Notes under the pieces: model-generated | What the model saw: only the letters and a program-made list of their open reading frames with translations | Databases searched by the model: none | Told to the model about the DNA's origin: nothing | Made by a program: the position numbers and the translations under genes | Shown: in pieces, positions 12,494-24,447 of the stretch | Numbering within the stretch: the stretch's first letter is position 1 | Layout of the letters: the number at the start of each line of letters is the position of its first letter | Assembly (NCBI GenBank): GCA_013239625.1 | Contig: MU054187.1 | Span: 1,363,964-1,427,963 of the forward strand | DNA: 64,000 nt | Reading direction: 5' to 3' | DNA from: Lama guanicoe | Taxonomy: Eukaryota

Positions 12494-13979
12494 AATTTTT
12501 AACATATAGCAGTTTAGGTATTTACTAAATTATAAGTCACAGGTCAAGAAAATATGTTAAAAGAAAGAAATTCATTTACAATATTTAAAGCTAGTTTTCT
12601 GAATCCTGGCTTCTCAGTTAAAATATAGCATGTGATTCAACAGAGTTGCAGAAATTTCTCAAACATACAAATAACCCTGGTAACTAAGAGCCTGAAAACA
12701 AATAGTCCGGCCTCAGATGACTAATCCTGATTCCAAAGACAGCGCCAAACAGAATTTCCTAATTACATTTCACCAGTGCGAACATGATTTACTGTTCATT
12801 CGTGTAATACATGCCGTCCACTTTCGACTTTGTACGTTCATGAGTGGCAGGAGAGAAGCTGACTTATGCATAAATTCAAAAAATGCTCCTACAAATAATA
12901 TTCATATGTAAACTCGGAATGTCACATGCACAGTAAATCTCCGTTTATGATGTCAAAATAATGTAAATAGACACGTAAACATCGCAGGCTGATTATGTGG
13001 GTTTTAAATCACTTTTACTCCATTTACAGCATCAGTAACTAATTGGAACCACTCTGTTTGCTCCCTTGTACAGTGTGTATGAATTTTATTCACTCAGTGC
13101 TGGCTTTCCAGTGGCGTATTACAGACTTAATACTTCTACTTTTTTGAGTGGTGCTTTGTTAGACGATAAAGATGAGTACTTTATAAGTCGTCTGCATTTA
13201 TAATATAAAAATTAATGAGATAATAAAACCATATAATACATTATAATATTAAAGCAGCAATATCTGTCTTAGAAAAGTCTGTGTTTAGTAACCCAATCAC
13301 TTGGCTTGAGAGTGACCAGATGATTTAAAGTCGTTCATGTATGTCCTTCTTGTTTCTACGCTGTAGACAGTCTTCTCACCCCCACGCCCATCACGTCAGT
13401 TTCTCAGGGAAGCTCCCCCCGCCAGTCACCTGCGCAGCGGCTGGGTGCCATCTGCCCGGGACCCGGGCTCTCCCCTCTGGGCGCTGGGGGGACACCTCGG
13501 GCTGGCCCCTCTTTTTCATTCCCCAAAGTGTCACGGGCTCTAAAGCACAGAAACCCGGTGTCCCAGCTCACTCCTCCCTGGCATGCGAGGGAGACAAGGC
13601 TGACTTTGTCCCAGTAACACTGAATTCGGCTTTGACGCGTAATCTGGTAGGTGGTGGTCTCTTTCCTCTGCCTGGACAGAACCAACCCCACCCTTATCCT
13701 CAGAGTAACAGTCACCTTTGATGTCGATCATTGTTTTAGTTTAAAACCTTGAATACTTAAAGCCTTTGAACCTCTCCAAACAGCAGTTCATCTTCCTCAG
13801 CGTTAATCAGTTTCAGGCTCTGATCAGATCTCTGAGCCTTTAACCAGAGTTTTCATCTTTTAATCTGACCTCAAAAAAACCTTTCCATTTTACTTGATTG
13901 TTTCAGCTATATTTGACTTGCTAGAAATATGGATAAAGATTATTCCAGTTTTGAACATACTAGGTTTCAGTCACAAAAT

Positions 13980-14085
13980 AAAATTTCTCCCTTGCTTGTA
14001 ATAACGCACTGACTGACCTCCCCGGATGTTTTGCGCCGACCGGTGCACCGGCGCAATGAGCTAATGAATAAAGGCTTTGGGGAAG
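13980..14085 (+). mobile_element. MIR core remnant containing a palindrome
   Basis: GACCTC...GGATGTTTTGCG...AATGAGCTAATGAATAAAGGCTTT resembles the MIR core (ACCTCACAGGGTTGTTGTGAGGATTAAATGAGATAATG). Confidence 0.45.
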
Positions 14086-16573
14086 ACGTCATTTGATGAC
14101 ATTTATCATATTCAATTATAGTTTAAAGTCAGAAGGCTTTTCATTTTTACATCCACATTTCCAGATATAAAGTAGACTTGCATCCAAAATTTTAATTGTC
14201 ATATAATGGCTTTATTTCTTCCTTGTAGATATAGCTTAGATGTAGGATTTTTCTTTGTAAACTGAATATGCAACTGAGAATAACATGTTTCTAGGAATAA
14301 TGACCTACATGTTACCTGATCCTGTTCATCCAGAATGTTTGTATCTCTCCCCCTTAAGCTTCAGAAAGCACCGCGAAGTAGGTAGAGCAGGGATGTGAAT
14401 CGTGCACGTGTCCTCATATGCAGCTCTTCATGTATCCACTTTGACTGGCTCCTTCTAGTTCCCTTATGGTGAAAACCTTAGTGCCTCCCACAAGAGAGGA
14501 GGAGGAGTGATGATCACCACTGCAGGTTTCACAGGAGCTTTGCGGGAGAAAAACGTAGTTCTTAAGCTCTTTTTCACAGGGCTGGGCATGTGCTGCTAGC
14601 TCAGCGTTTTTCAATCCTTCTTTTGGTTTCAAAGACAGAAGAAAACATGTGAATAAAACAAACACCCTCTAATTCTCATTTCTTTCCTGTTGAGATCGGA
14701 CATACGCCCCAAACTGCCTGCTCCCCAATTCTCTCTGCAGAGCACTTCTCCCCAGTTCCTTATATTATGACCCTGATTTTTATTCTGCAAGATACCATGG
14801 TACTCAGTACACACAAATTCTCTAGAAAATAACGGAATTCTGTGTAACAAAAGAAACAGCCAAAATTATAGATCAGATAACAAATAGAAGCCGTCATCAG
14901 TTAATTTTTTTCCTCTATGTGCCTCAGAAAAGCCACTCCCAGAGTCGGGGTTAGCGACTATGGCTTCACTCTAGAGTAACCGAGTGTGAGGTCACGTTCT
15001 GGAAAAGACAGCCAGAAGGTCACGCCCCGGTGCCACCAGGGTCCCGGGGCTGTTTGTCTGGTGCCTGCTGTCTCATCACACAGATGAATCAGTGGACAGT
15101 CTTAACTTCGTAAACTCTAGAACTAGGTGCTCATTTTATTCCACGTGCCTTTCAAGGACTTCCTACAGATTTAAAAATCCTCATAATGAAAACTTCTGCC
15201 TGTTGAGTAAACTGAATGCTCCCAATTCTGCAAATGAGCGGATCGTCCTTGTTCTGACCTCCTCAGAGATGATCAGCTGAGCAGTCTCCTCGGGGCCCAT
15301 CCTTCCCACCCAGGGAGTGTTAATAAGGCGTCTTTCCCCGGCTCACTGAGGTCGTCCTGGTGATTTCATGTTTCCCTCATGTTCTACAAAAGTCAAGCAC
15401 TCATATCTCATTTCCCCAATTCATCCATCACTTTTATTCTCGTCTTTCAGATCATTTCTTCCAATTTTATTTTTAAAAGGTGCAGCAGTGTAGCCAATAA
15501 AAGTGGATTCATATCGTAATCAACACTGGCAGTGGCAGGCTCGGGGAGGCAGGGTTCTGGACGTCAGTCCCCACGCCTCACTGAACTGCCGTCATGTTCT
15601 TCCCCAGCCTGGTGGTTACATTATTGTTTTAGACGAAGGCATGTCACAAAACAGCAAAAGTGGGGCGATCAGCAAAGGGTTATACCCATCAAGTGTGTAA
15701 CGTTCCTGTTCAATCAGGTAGTTATCACAAACTAAGTGAAATTATTGCATGACTTACACGCACCCTAGATTTTCCACTTATGTGTTTTAACAAGCCAAAG
15801 TGTAATTATATAATCTTTATGGGTTCGTCTGCAGTCAAATGTATCTGTATTGTTTTCAGGTTGTCACACTAATTAGATGGTGTACCACTTGGCTGAGCTT
15901 AAGAAATGTGCTCATATGACTATTGGATTGTTTGCAATATCTTGCACAGTTCTGGATGTGAATAGAATAATAATTTTTGAATGAATGTGAATAAACCTAC
16001 TTATGTTTATTGCAACTAAGTATCTTATTTCATCTATATATTTGCCCTCTACACTCACACCAACACATTTCTAGTTACATATAAATGCACCTAAGTATTA
16101 TAAATACATCAATGTTTATATACATTATGTTTCACATGTACAGGTATAAATGTGAGTTTATTATACATACATATATACATATATATATACACACACACAT
16201 TTATTTATATGCCTTAAAAGTTAAGTAATTTCCATTTGATGAGCTTTCATTTGGGATAATCATTTTATAAATCTTGATTAATATATTCTGAAGAGAAATA
16301 TTTTTGTGCTATGACCAAATATAATTCTTACTTTGCTTTTCAGAGCCAAATGTCATTAATATTCTGTTTTGAACGAGTCACTAAGGAAAAGAACCAAAGG
16401 TGTTCTGTGTGAGGCTGCTTCTCAGAGATTCTAACATCCCTTAAAAATTATTTGAGGACTAATGTGCTTTTTTCTAACGTGGGTTATAAATATCACTATT
16501 TCTTATAGAAGTCAAAACTTTTTAAAGTTAAAATGTTATATTTAAATTAATTTAAAATGGCAATTTTAAACTA

Positions 16574-17050
16574 TTTTTTATGGCTGAGTAGTTTTCCATT
16601 GTATAAATAAACCACAACTCCTATTTGCAGCAACATGCGTGGACCTGGAGATCATCATTCTAAGTGAAGTAAGCCAGAAAGAGGAAGATAAATACCACAT
16701 GAGACCACTTATATGTGGAATCTAAAGAAAGGACACAAATGGACTTATTTACAAAACAGAAATTGACTCACAGATGTAGAAAACAAACTCATAGTTACCA
16801 GGGGGAAAAGGGGTTGGGGAGGGATAAACTGGGAGTTCAGGATTTTCAGATACACCTACCATATATAAAACAGACAAACAGCAAGTTTCTACTGTAGAGC
16901 ACAGGGAACTACATTCAATATCTTGTGATGACCTATAATGGAAAATAATATGAAAAGGAATATGCATATAAAATGTATAATTGAATCACTATGCTGCACA
17001 CGAGAAACTAACACAATGCTGCAAATCGACTATCCTTCAATCTTAAAAAT
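16574..17050 (+). mobile_element. Young L1 3' end with a short 5' inversion
   Basis: 16574-16621 is antisense L1 (TTTTTTATGGCTGAGTAG...ACCACAACTCC). 16623-17050 is sense L1 3' UTR (ATTTGCAGCAACATG...ACTTATTTACAAAACAGAAA...TCCTTCAAT). Confidence 0.9.
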
Positions 17051-17094
17051 GAGCAAATTACACTCTTGTGAAAATAGGGTTTCCACTTAAAGAC

Positions 17095-17363
17095 CCTCCG
17101 CGATCCTGGGGGACCGGGACTTTGATCGTCACTGCCCTGGAGGCAGGGAGTGGAGAGAATTTTGAGACACAGAAGAGAATGAGTCAGAGAAGAGGGGGGG
17201 AGGCCGTGTCCAAACGGGAGGGAGGGAGGGGTTTATAAACAAGCCGTCGGGCCAGGGCGGGGCGGCGTGGGAGGGCGCCCCGGCCGCGTCCACGGTCTTC
17301 TGGGAATCGGACTCCAGGCAGGTCCCCAGATCAAAGGGCACTGCTGCCCGGGTGACCACCACA
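17095..17363 (-). mobile_element. Possible ERV LTR fragment
   Basis: On the minus strand it begins TGTGGTGG and carries GC boxes, then TTTATAAA, then a pyrimidine-rich R/U5-like tract. The family is not recognised. Confidence 0.35.
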
Positions 17364-17849
17364 CCCCATCACGAGAGGGCAGGGCGGTGATCGAGTGTCG
17401 TGTGGCCACTGCCCTTCCTCAGATATATTAACGATCTTTAAAAATTAAAAAATACTGCAAAAAAGATTTCAAAAAATCGTTCAAAGCACATATTACAGAG
17501 CCTTTTCATAGAATTTGAAGCTCCCATCATTTCTGAACACGCTGTGGTTTTAGGTATCAGACCCTTGTACTTGGCCACAACTCGTTGTACTGATGGCCGG
17601 TGCGCAGGTGGGAAAAGCCAGGGTCGGTGAGGTCCTAACACGAACGCCTTGAAGCCTGTGAGAGGCAGGACCAGGTCTGATGCTCGCGTCAGGTTTGGGT
17701 GTCACACCTCTTCCTCTGTTCACTGAAGTGAAACGTGTGGTTTTCCCACCATATGCTTTGGTTGTACTTCCACCTGCAGTAACGGAAAAGCCAGTTACAC
17801 GGACGTAAGCAGTTCGGTTTTTCTCACGTCGTGAAGAATCTGAAAGCAT

Positions 17850-18290
17850 CCAGCGTTTGGAGGTGATTCAGGGGCCCCGTGGCCCCAGCGGCGTCTCGGC
17901 GGCTTGCCGGCTTCTCCTCTCCGTCCCAGGACGGCGCTGCGGGGCCCACAGCGCACGTTTACGGGGAGGATTAATGAGGAAATCGGGCAGCGGTGAGGCC
18001 TTCCGTGTGTGTCGCATCAGAGCACCGTGCCCGGGGGCGGCACGTGGCCTGCGGTACCTTCCGGCCCCTGCAGCACAGGCAGGGAGGAAGGGGGCCGGGT
18101 GGGGTGGGATGTGGGTCCGCCCGGGCTGCCCTCCCAGGACCCCTTTCTCCTTTTCGGCAGACTCGCTGCCCCAAGGGAAGCGGACCACTTCCCCAAGCCG
18201 TGGCGCACCGCATGGTCTCCGGCCCCTCTCCCCTCGTGGACAGGGGGCTCAGGGACCCAGGCTGTCCACCTGCAACGAGGGTTAGAGTCA
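17850..18290. promoter_or_regulatory. CpG-rich island-like segment
   Basis: Dense CpG and high GC, with spurious overlapping ORFs in all frames. Confidence 0.5.
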
Positions 18291-18329
18291 GCACAGCCGT
18301 TTTCCCCAATGTCAGTCAACAGAAGCCAA

Positions 18330-18660
18330 GGACATTTTCTTTGCAGAAATTCCCCCTGCTTTGAGGAATAATCTAACATAAAAACCCATCTCTACTCCTC
18401 TGTGTCTGTGTGTGTGCAGACGCGCACATCGGTCCAGGACTCGTCACAGCCGGGCACGAGGGCTGCGTGCAGAGCAGGGCAGAGACAGGACGGTCACATG
18501 GGAGACGGGGCAGAAGCGTCGTGAATCCCAGCCCCTCGGGCGTCCTGCACTTAGACTCTGTCACTTCCATGAGCTAATACATCTTTTTTATGTCTTAAGC
18601 CATTTTGGATTTTCTATTGCTTTTAGCTTATCGCAACCATCTGATAAATTGACTGGCACA
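18330..18660 (+). mobile_element. MaLR (MLT1-like) LTR remnant
   Basis: The 3' end ATGAGCTAATACATC...CTTAAGCCATTTTGGATTTTCT...GCAACC...GACTGGCACA resembles the MLT1 terminus. Confidence 0.55.
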
Positions 18661-18699
18661 ACCAGGAACTAACATGGAGATGAATAATTCAAGTTCCAG

Positions 18700-19030
18700 T
18701 TTAGTCTGAAAAATAATTTGCTGGGAACCTATTATGAACAGTGCTGCCCATGTGGTAGAGGGATCACAAGAACCAACTATTTTAAGATTTTAGTTTTGTG
18801 TGTTGCTGCAAGTACACATTAATTATTACATAAGGAAAAATAAACACGCGGGGAGTGCCATGTTAGGGTCAAGGTGCTTTTATGACGAGGCAGAACTTGT
18901 GTATGAGTTAATGTCAGGGAGAGTCTGGTCAGACACAGTTGGATGCAAGTTCTAGGGACAGAAAATAACATCAGCAAGGCCAGAGCCCAGGCCGTCGGGG
19001 AGCACATTTGTGGAGCAGCCTCTTTCCTGT
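18700..19030 (+). mobile_element. L2 remnant
   Basis: GTCAGGGAGAGTC...TTCTAGGGACAGAAAATAACATCAGCAAGGCC resembles the L2 3' region. Confidence 0.45.
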
Positions 19031-19119
19031 TTTCCAGGCGTTTGGAATGTGCCAGAGAGGTAACCTTAGAACTGATAGCTGAAAAGTGAAGCTCAAATCA
19101 CACTGTGAGTGCTGGTCGG

Positions 19120-19826
19120 AGGAACACTGTTCCTCACTGTTGGTGGGAATGTAAGTTGGTGCAGCCACTATGGAAAACAGTATGTAGATTCTTTAAAAAA
19201 CTAAAAATAGAGTTCCCATATGATCTAATAACCCCACTCCTGGGCGTGTGTCCAGAGGAAACTCTAATTTGAAAAGATACACGTACCCCAACATTCATAG
19301 CAGCACTGTTTACAGAAGATAAGACATGGAAGCAACACAAATGTCCCTTGGCAGATTAAAGAAGCTGTGGTATATGTATATAATGGAATACTACTCAGCC
19401 ATAAAAAGAATAAAATAATGCCATTTGCAGCAACATGGATGGACCTGGAGATTGTCATTCCAAATGAAGTAAGCTAGACAGAGAAAGACAAATATCACAC
19501 GATATCACTTATATGTGGAATTTAAAAAATGAACTTATTTACAAAACAGAAATAGACTCACAGACATAGGAAAGAAACTTATGGTTAGTTCCCAAAAGGG
19601 AAAGGGGATAGGGAGGGATAAATTAGGAGTTCGGGATATGCAGATATACATTACTATATACAAAATAGATAAACAACAAGGACCTACTGTACAGCACAGG
19701 AAACTATATTCAATGTCTTGTAATAACCTATAATGAAAAAGAATATTTACATGCACGAATAACTGAATCACTATGCTGTGCACCAGAAACACAATATTGT
19801 AAATCAACTCTACTTCAATGAGAAAA
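19120..19826 (+). mobile_element. Young artiodactyl/camelid-type L1, 5'-truncated
   Basis: CACTGTTGGTGGGAATGTAAGTTGGTGCAGCCACTATGGAAAACAG...GACCTACTGTACAGCACAGGAAACTATATTCAA...AAATCAACTCTACTTCAAT. Confidence 0.95.
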
Positions 19827-20526
19827 GTTAACATTTTATTTTGAGCGGCAACTAATTTAATGGACTCTCATTAATGCAAGAAGGGTTGATTGGATGGACA
19901 TTTGAGTATCGCAGGGAATTATGTAAACAGTTTTAAAGCCGTGCTTTAGTGACGACAGAGACCAAACAGCTCCGGAAGGGTGAGCAAAGTCTGGTGTCCG
20001 GCCGTCACAGGGGACGTCACCTGCCTCTTTTATTTCTAATCATTCTCTTCTCAGCATTCAGATTCTTCACAGAGTGGGTCTGACCTCCCTCCTGACGTGG
20101 TCCCACAGCCCTGTTAGCAGGGCAGCAGTGGTCGCTGTGAATGGGGAGATTCCTCAAGGGGGCTCTCGTCTAAACAGCAAGGGCAGAGCAAGGAGAAACC
20201 GCAGAACGTCAGGTGAAACAGCATGCTCCTCGCTGAGAAAAATGAGCAGGTTAAGTGCCAAGTGCACTGTGGCCTCGACACACAGTGATGCCCGAGACAA
20301 CAGGTATTAAAATGCTCTTGTTGTAAGAAAGGTGCAAAACAGGTTAATCAAAGACGTGATTTAACAAGACTTTTCCAAGGACAAAGACACAGCTTTTCCA
20401 AAAGGAAATCTAATTTTTTCTTGGGCTTCCCTCCTCATATTTAAAATAGGATGCTTTGAACACAAGCTTATATGCTAACATAAATCACCATGTCACTCCC
20501 CAGTTTTCAAAAACGGCATTACTTAC

Positions 20527-20560
20527 CTTGAGTTTTAGAATAATGTAGATTTAGTCATTT
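20527..20560 (-). other. Candidate non-coding micro-exon (34 nt)
   Basis: Acceptor CTCTTTGGTCTCTGGTTATTTCAG and consensus donor AAG|GTAAGT. All three frames contain stops. Confidence 0.4.
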
Positions 20561-20772
20561 CTGAAATAACCAGAGACCAAAGAGGAATCATGCAGATATG
20601 TATTCCATCTCAGGAAATTTTGAGTGCAGCCACAGAATTTTAAAGATGTAATATTGAAAGACACTTCAAAGTTTCAATTTCATTTCAGTAAAAAAAATAT
20701 ATTCATGGAAAACACCAATGTGGAATCTTCATGTTTCGGCAAGAAATACTAAAAAAAAAAAAAAAAAAAAAA

Positions 20773-21108
20773 NNNNNNNNNNNNNNNNNNNNNNNNNNNN
20801 NNNNNNNNNNNNNNNNNNNNNNNNNNNNNNNNNNNNNNNNNNNNNNNNNNNNNNNNNNNNNNNNNNNNNNNNNNNNNNNNNNNNNNNNNNNNNNNNNNNN
20901 NNNNNNNNNNNNNNNNNNNNNNNNNNNNNNNNNNNNNNNNNNNNNNNNNNNNNNNNNNNNNNNNNNNNNNNNNNNNNNNNNNNNNNNNNNNNNNNNNNNN
21001 NNNNNNNNNNNNNNNNNNNNNNNNNNNNNNNNNNNNNNNNNNNNNNNNNNNNNNNNNNNNNNNNNNNNNNNNNNNNNNNNNNNNNNNNNNNNNNNNNNNN
21101 NNNNNNNN
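20773..21108. other. Assembly gap (336 N) flanked by A22 on both sides
   Basis: N run with A tracts at 20751-20772 and 21109-21130. Confidence 0.99.
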
Positions 21109-22235
21109 AAAAAAAAAAAAAAAAAAAAAATTAAAAGATCTCCTGAACAGAGGGGTCATCGGGGAATCCCATTAAGGCTCTGAGATGCCATGGAAATTTA
21201 CTTCAGCATTTTGAGGCTCTAAGCACCAAGAATGCATAGTTATGGTTGGTGAAATCATGATTTCCAATGAAAACAGTCAATGGGGTCAGTCCACACGACA
21301 GTCGTCAGGGGCTGCGCTGTGTCCCCTGCAAAACGACCACGTTGGTGAGTCAACTTTGCTGTAGCGACAGACAATCCCAGATTATCAGCGTCTTGCATTA
21401 TTTCTCATTTTCCTCGTTCCAAGACACCCAGCAGGAGAAGCTGTCTGCGGCCCGGTCGTCTGACAGCACAGGTGCGAGGGGTTGGAAGGAGCGGCCACTG
21501 CCTCTTAGAGCCTCTGTTCAGAGTCGGAGCTTTGACCCGGCTTGTGTTGTGGGGAATCTCAGTCCTCGCGGGAGATGTGCACACGGCTTCCATCGCAGCC
21601 TGCCGTGTAGACAGACACGGGCCATTGAGAACAATATCGCAGTGCATCCACTTGGCCGTGAGTATCCGTTTCTTTCAGAGACACAAAACACACCGCATCC
21701 TCCTTCCCAAATCACTCGAGGCCCGTGGGGCATCAGGACCAAATCCAAAATCCCACGGCCAACGGCAGGTTCAGGCCTGTCTCCTGCTGATCCGAACCAC
21801 CACAACGTGTTGTCTGTGCCACACAGCCCAGGGTCCCGGGGGGGACAGGCAGCGCCACGCCCCCTCAACATGGGAGGGGCAGGAGACACAGAGCTGTCCC
21901 TTGGCCATCGCCATTCTGAAACGTCACTTGGAAGCGCTCTGGAGTCCTGGGACTTCGTGGACAGAGAACATACTCTGCTCGAGTGCTGATTTCCTTCTAG
22001 GGCGGTCCCAGCGACCCCCGATCCATTGCGCCCCCGGCTGCTGGCTCTGCCCCGTGAGGTCCTGTCTTTCCCGCTTCCCGCTTGTCTCCAGCTAAGGCAA
22101 GCGGTGGAGAAGGGGCCGTATGTTATGAGGAGAAAGCGCAGCCAACTGGAGGGCCCGCAGAAACGTGGAACCGAAGGCGTCTGCGTAGGTGTACGTGCCA
22201 GGCACCGACGGCTCCTTTCCGTCCAGCCGGGCTGG

Positions 22236-22378
22236 TGCGGCGTGCGCGTCTGCGTGCGTGTCTGCCTGCGTGCGTGCGTGTGCGTCTGCGCGTCTGCGTG
22301 CATGTCTGCGTGTGCGTCTTCGTGCGTGCCTGCGTGCATGTCTGCGTGCATGCGCGTCTGCGTGCGCGTGTGCATGTG
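22236..22378 (+). repeat. Degenerate (TGCG)n/(TGCGTC)n CpG-rich microsatellite
   Basis: GTGCGCGTCTGCGTGCGTGTCTGCCTGCGTGCGTGCGTG..., directly visible. Confidence 0.9.
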
Positions 22379-22539
22379 TTTAATTCCAGGGGCTTCACAG
22401 CGAACTCTGAAATTGAGAAACGTGACTATTAAAATAAGACATAAAAATAACTTTCGAGCATTGACTTTAATTCAGCAATCTTTTATTTTTTATTTTATTT
22501 TAAATAAGTTATCTACAGACCTAGTTTGTAAACAAATAC

Positions 22540-22870
22540 AGTGAACCTGTCTGCAAATGAGAGTTAGATGGGAGTTTTGCTGGTCTTTTAGTGGACGGCC
22601 CCTTTCAGGTTAAAGGCGTTATGTTTCGTTCCTATTTTGCTAAGGGGCTTAATTTTCTAATGAACAGGTGCTGAATATTATCAAATGTTCTGTTTTATTT
22701 ATTGTGATGAAACGGAATTCTTGTCCTTTTCTCTTTTAATATAGGAATATACTGATTAATTTAAAATATTAACATAAACACGCATTCTCGCACAATCACG
22801 CCTTGGTTGTGACTCACAGCACTGTCGATCTGCTGGTGGCTTTTGGTTTCACAGTGTTTTGTTTGTACGG
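22540..22870 (-). mobile_element. Ancient L1 ORF2 (RT region) remnant
   Basis: ATGAACAGGTGCTGAATATTATCAAATG is antisense to the region encoding the RT segment AFDKIQH. Confidence 0.55.
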
Positions 22871-23449
22871 TCGCTGCCCTGCCCACCCCACTCCCCCGCC
22901 CCCCGGGGCTCGGAGTGGCACTGGCTGCACCTCTCGTCCTGCAGCGCCCTTGCCCTGTGTTGGTGTAAACAGCCCACTGCTCTCATGCAAACGGGGAGAG
23001 TTTCTTTTCTAATCTGTGGCAAATTTTGCAGAATATTAAATTCATGTCTTTCCTAATATTAGTAAATACAAATGTGCAGAGCATTGACTTTTAAGGAACA
23101 GGATTTTCTATGTGAAAAAAAAAATTCTTGTTTCTGAGACTAAACCTCCTGAAATCCAGTTATTAAATATTTTCTCAAATTTGATGTCTAAAAAGTAAAG
23201 AGAAATGAGGCAGCAGTAATGACCATTTAACAGACTGAAAAGACTGAAGCCGTGATGCATGGCTAAGCTGTGAAAGAAGCTGGCATCACTGGCTGTTGGG
23301 GGGCGTGTGGCCCCTGTGCGGGCACTTCCAGCCATGACACCCGCGGGGCAGATTACTTGACCATGTGGTCAAGTTCCTCCACGGTCAGGGACTGGCCTGT
23401 CTTCTCAGACGTTTCTCCCCGTCCCGGACTGAGCGCCTCTTACTCAAAC

Positions 23450-23730
23450 CCAACGTAGGCACACGTGCTGCTGCTCCGCAAACACTCCCCACCCAGGGCC
23501 CTTCCTCACGGCTGCTTCACACCGTTCCCTCTGCCTGAAATGCCCTCCCATCTCTGCTGCGGGTGCAGCCCTGCTCAGATGTCATGACCTAACTCTAAAG
23601 CCACCATCCCCAAGAAGGCCCCCCATCCTTCCACGGGGTAGGGCGCCCAGGGCTCTGAACTCGCCTACAATTCGGTGCCTCTCCTGGTGCATCTGTCATG
23701 TCCTGCCTCCTGGTGTCGTGAAGGAAGGAG
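23450..23730 (-). mobile_element. L2 remnant
   Basis: CAGGGCCCTT...GTTCCCTCTGCCTGAAATGCCCTCCC matches a typical L2 3' motif. Confidence 0.55.
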
Positions 23731-24119
23731 GATGGGAGGGAGGGAAGGGACGGAGGGAAGGAACCACAGAGGGAGGGAGGGAGGGGAAGCCTGAGCCAGC
23801 ACCAATGCCCATTTAGCAGACGGAAGCTGACTGAGGCAATAATTATTCAGGATCACACATCCTGTTTCTAACAGTTTTCATCACAAGTCACTGCCAGGTG
23901 ACAGCTGTACAGCAGTGTGTTGGTAACTATGTGACTCAAAAAGGAGCATGTGGGCTGTCTCATCCCCGCCTGTGTGGGAGGGAGGGATGTGCCCACAGTG
24001 CAGCGGCTGAGGTCAAGCTGGATCCTCCATGCGTTGAATACCCTTGATTTTCTGAAGCAGCCCTAAAGGGTTTTGAGCACCTGTTCCTCCTATAGATGCA
24101 CAATCACCCACAGGCTGTT

Positions 24120-24275
24120 CTAACGTGGCGGCCAGAGTCGGCTGGGGCGGTTATCACTACAGCAAGTCATAGCTGGGAGTGATAAGTAATTACCATGGCA
24201 ACGCCGCCCTCGCACACAGGCTGCGATGAAGCGATGGCCGGAAGCACGGGAGAGACTGCCGGGCGTTTTCTGGCA
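24120..24275. promoter_or_regulatory. Promoter-like motif cluster (GC box, RFX X-box, ETS)
   Basis: GGGGCGG at about 24145, ATTACCATGGCAAC at 24189-24202, CCGGAAG at about 24238, with local CpG enrichment. Confidence 0.45.
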
Positions 24276-24411
24276 TCACTCTGTGCATGTCGTCAGAGGG
24301 AGGGGTGTCTTTACAAAATCAGGTTACTTTCTTCTCAGTGAAAGGACCTCATTGCTATTGAAGCTACCGGTCACTCCGGCATATGGGAACACGCGGAATG
24401 CCCTCGTCAGG

Positions 24412-24447
24412 ACACACAGACACACACACACACACACACACACACAC
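24412..24447 (+). repeat. (CA)n microsatellite
   Basis: Directly visible. Confidence 0.95.

Noticed and set aside
20718..21183. ORFs of 136-150 aa spanning the N run
   Set aside because: Artefacts of translating poly-A plus the assembly gap.
21267..22544. Overlapping long ORFs (240, 207, 285 and 172 aa)
   Set aside because: They overlap on both strands in GC-rich and microsatellite DNA, have low-complexity composition and show no recognisable domain.
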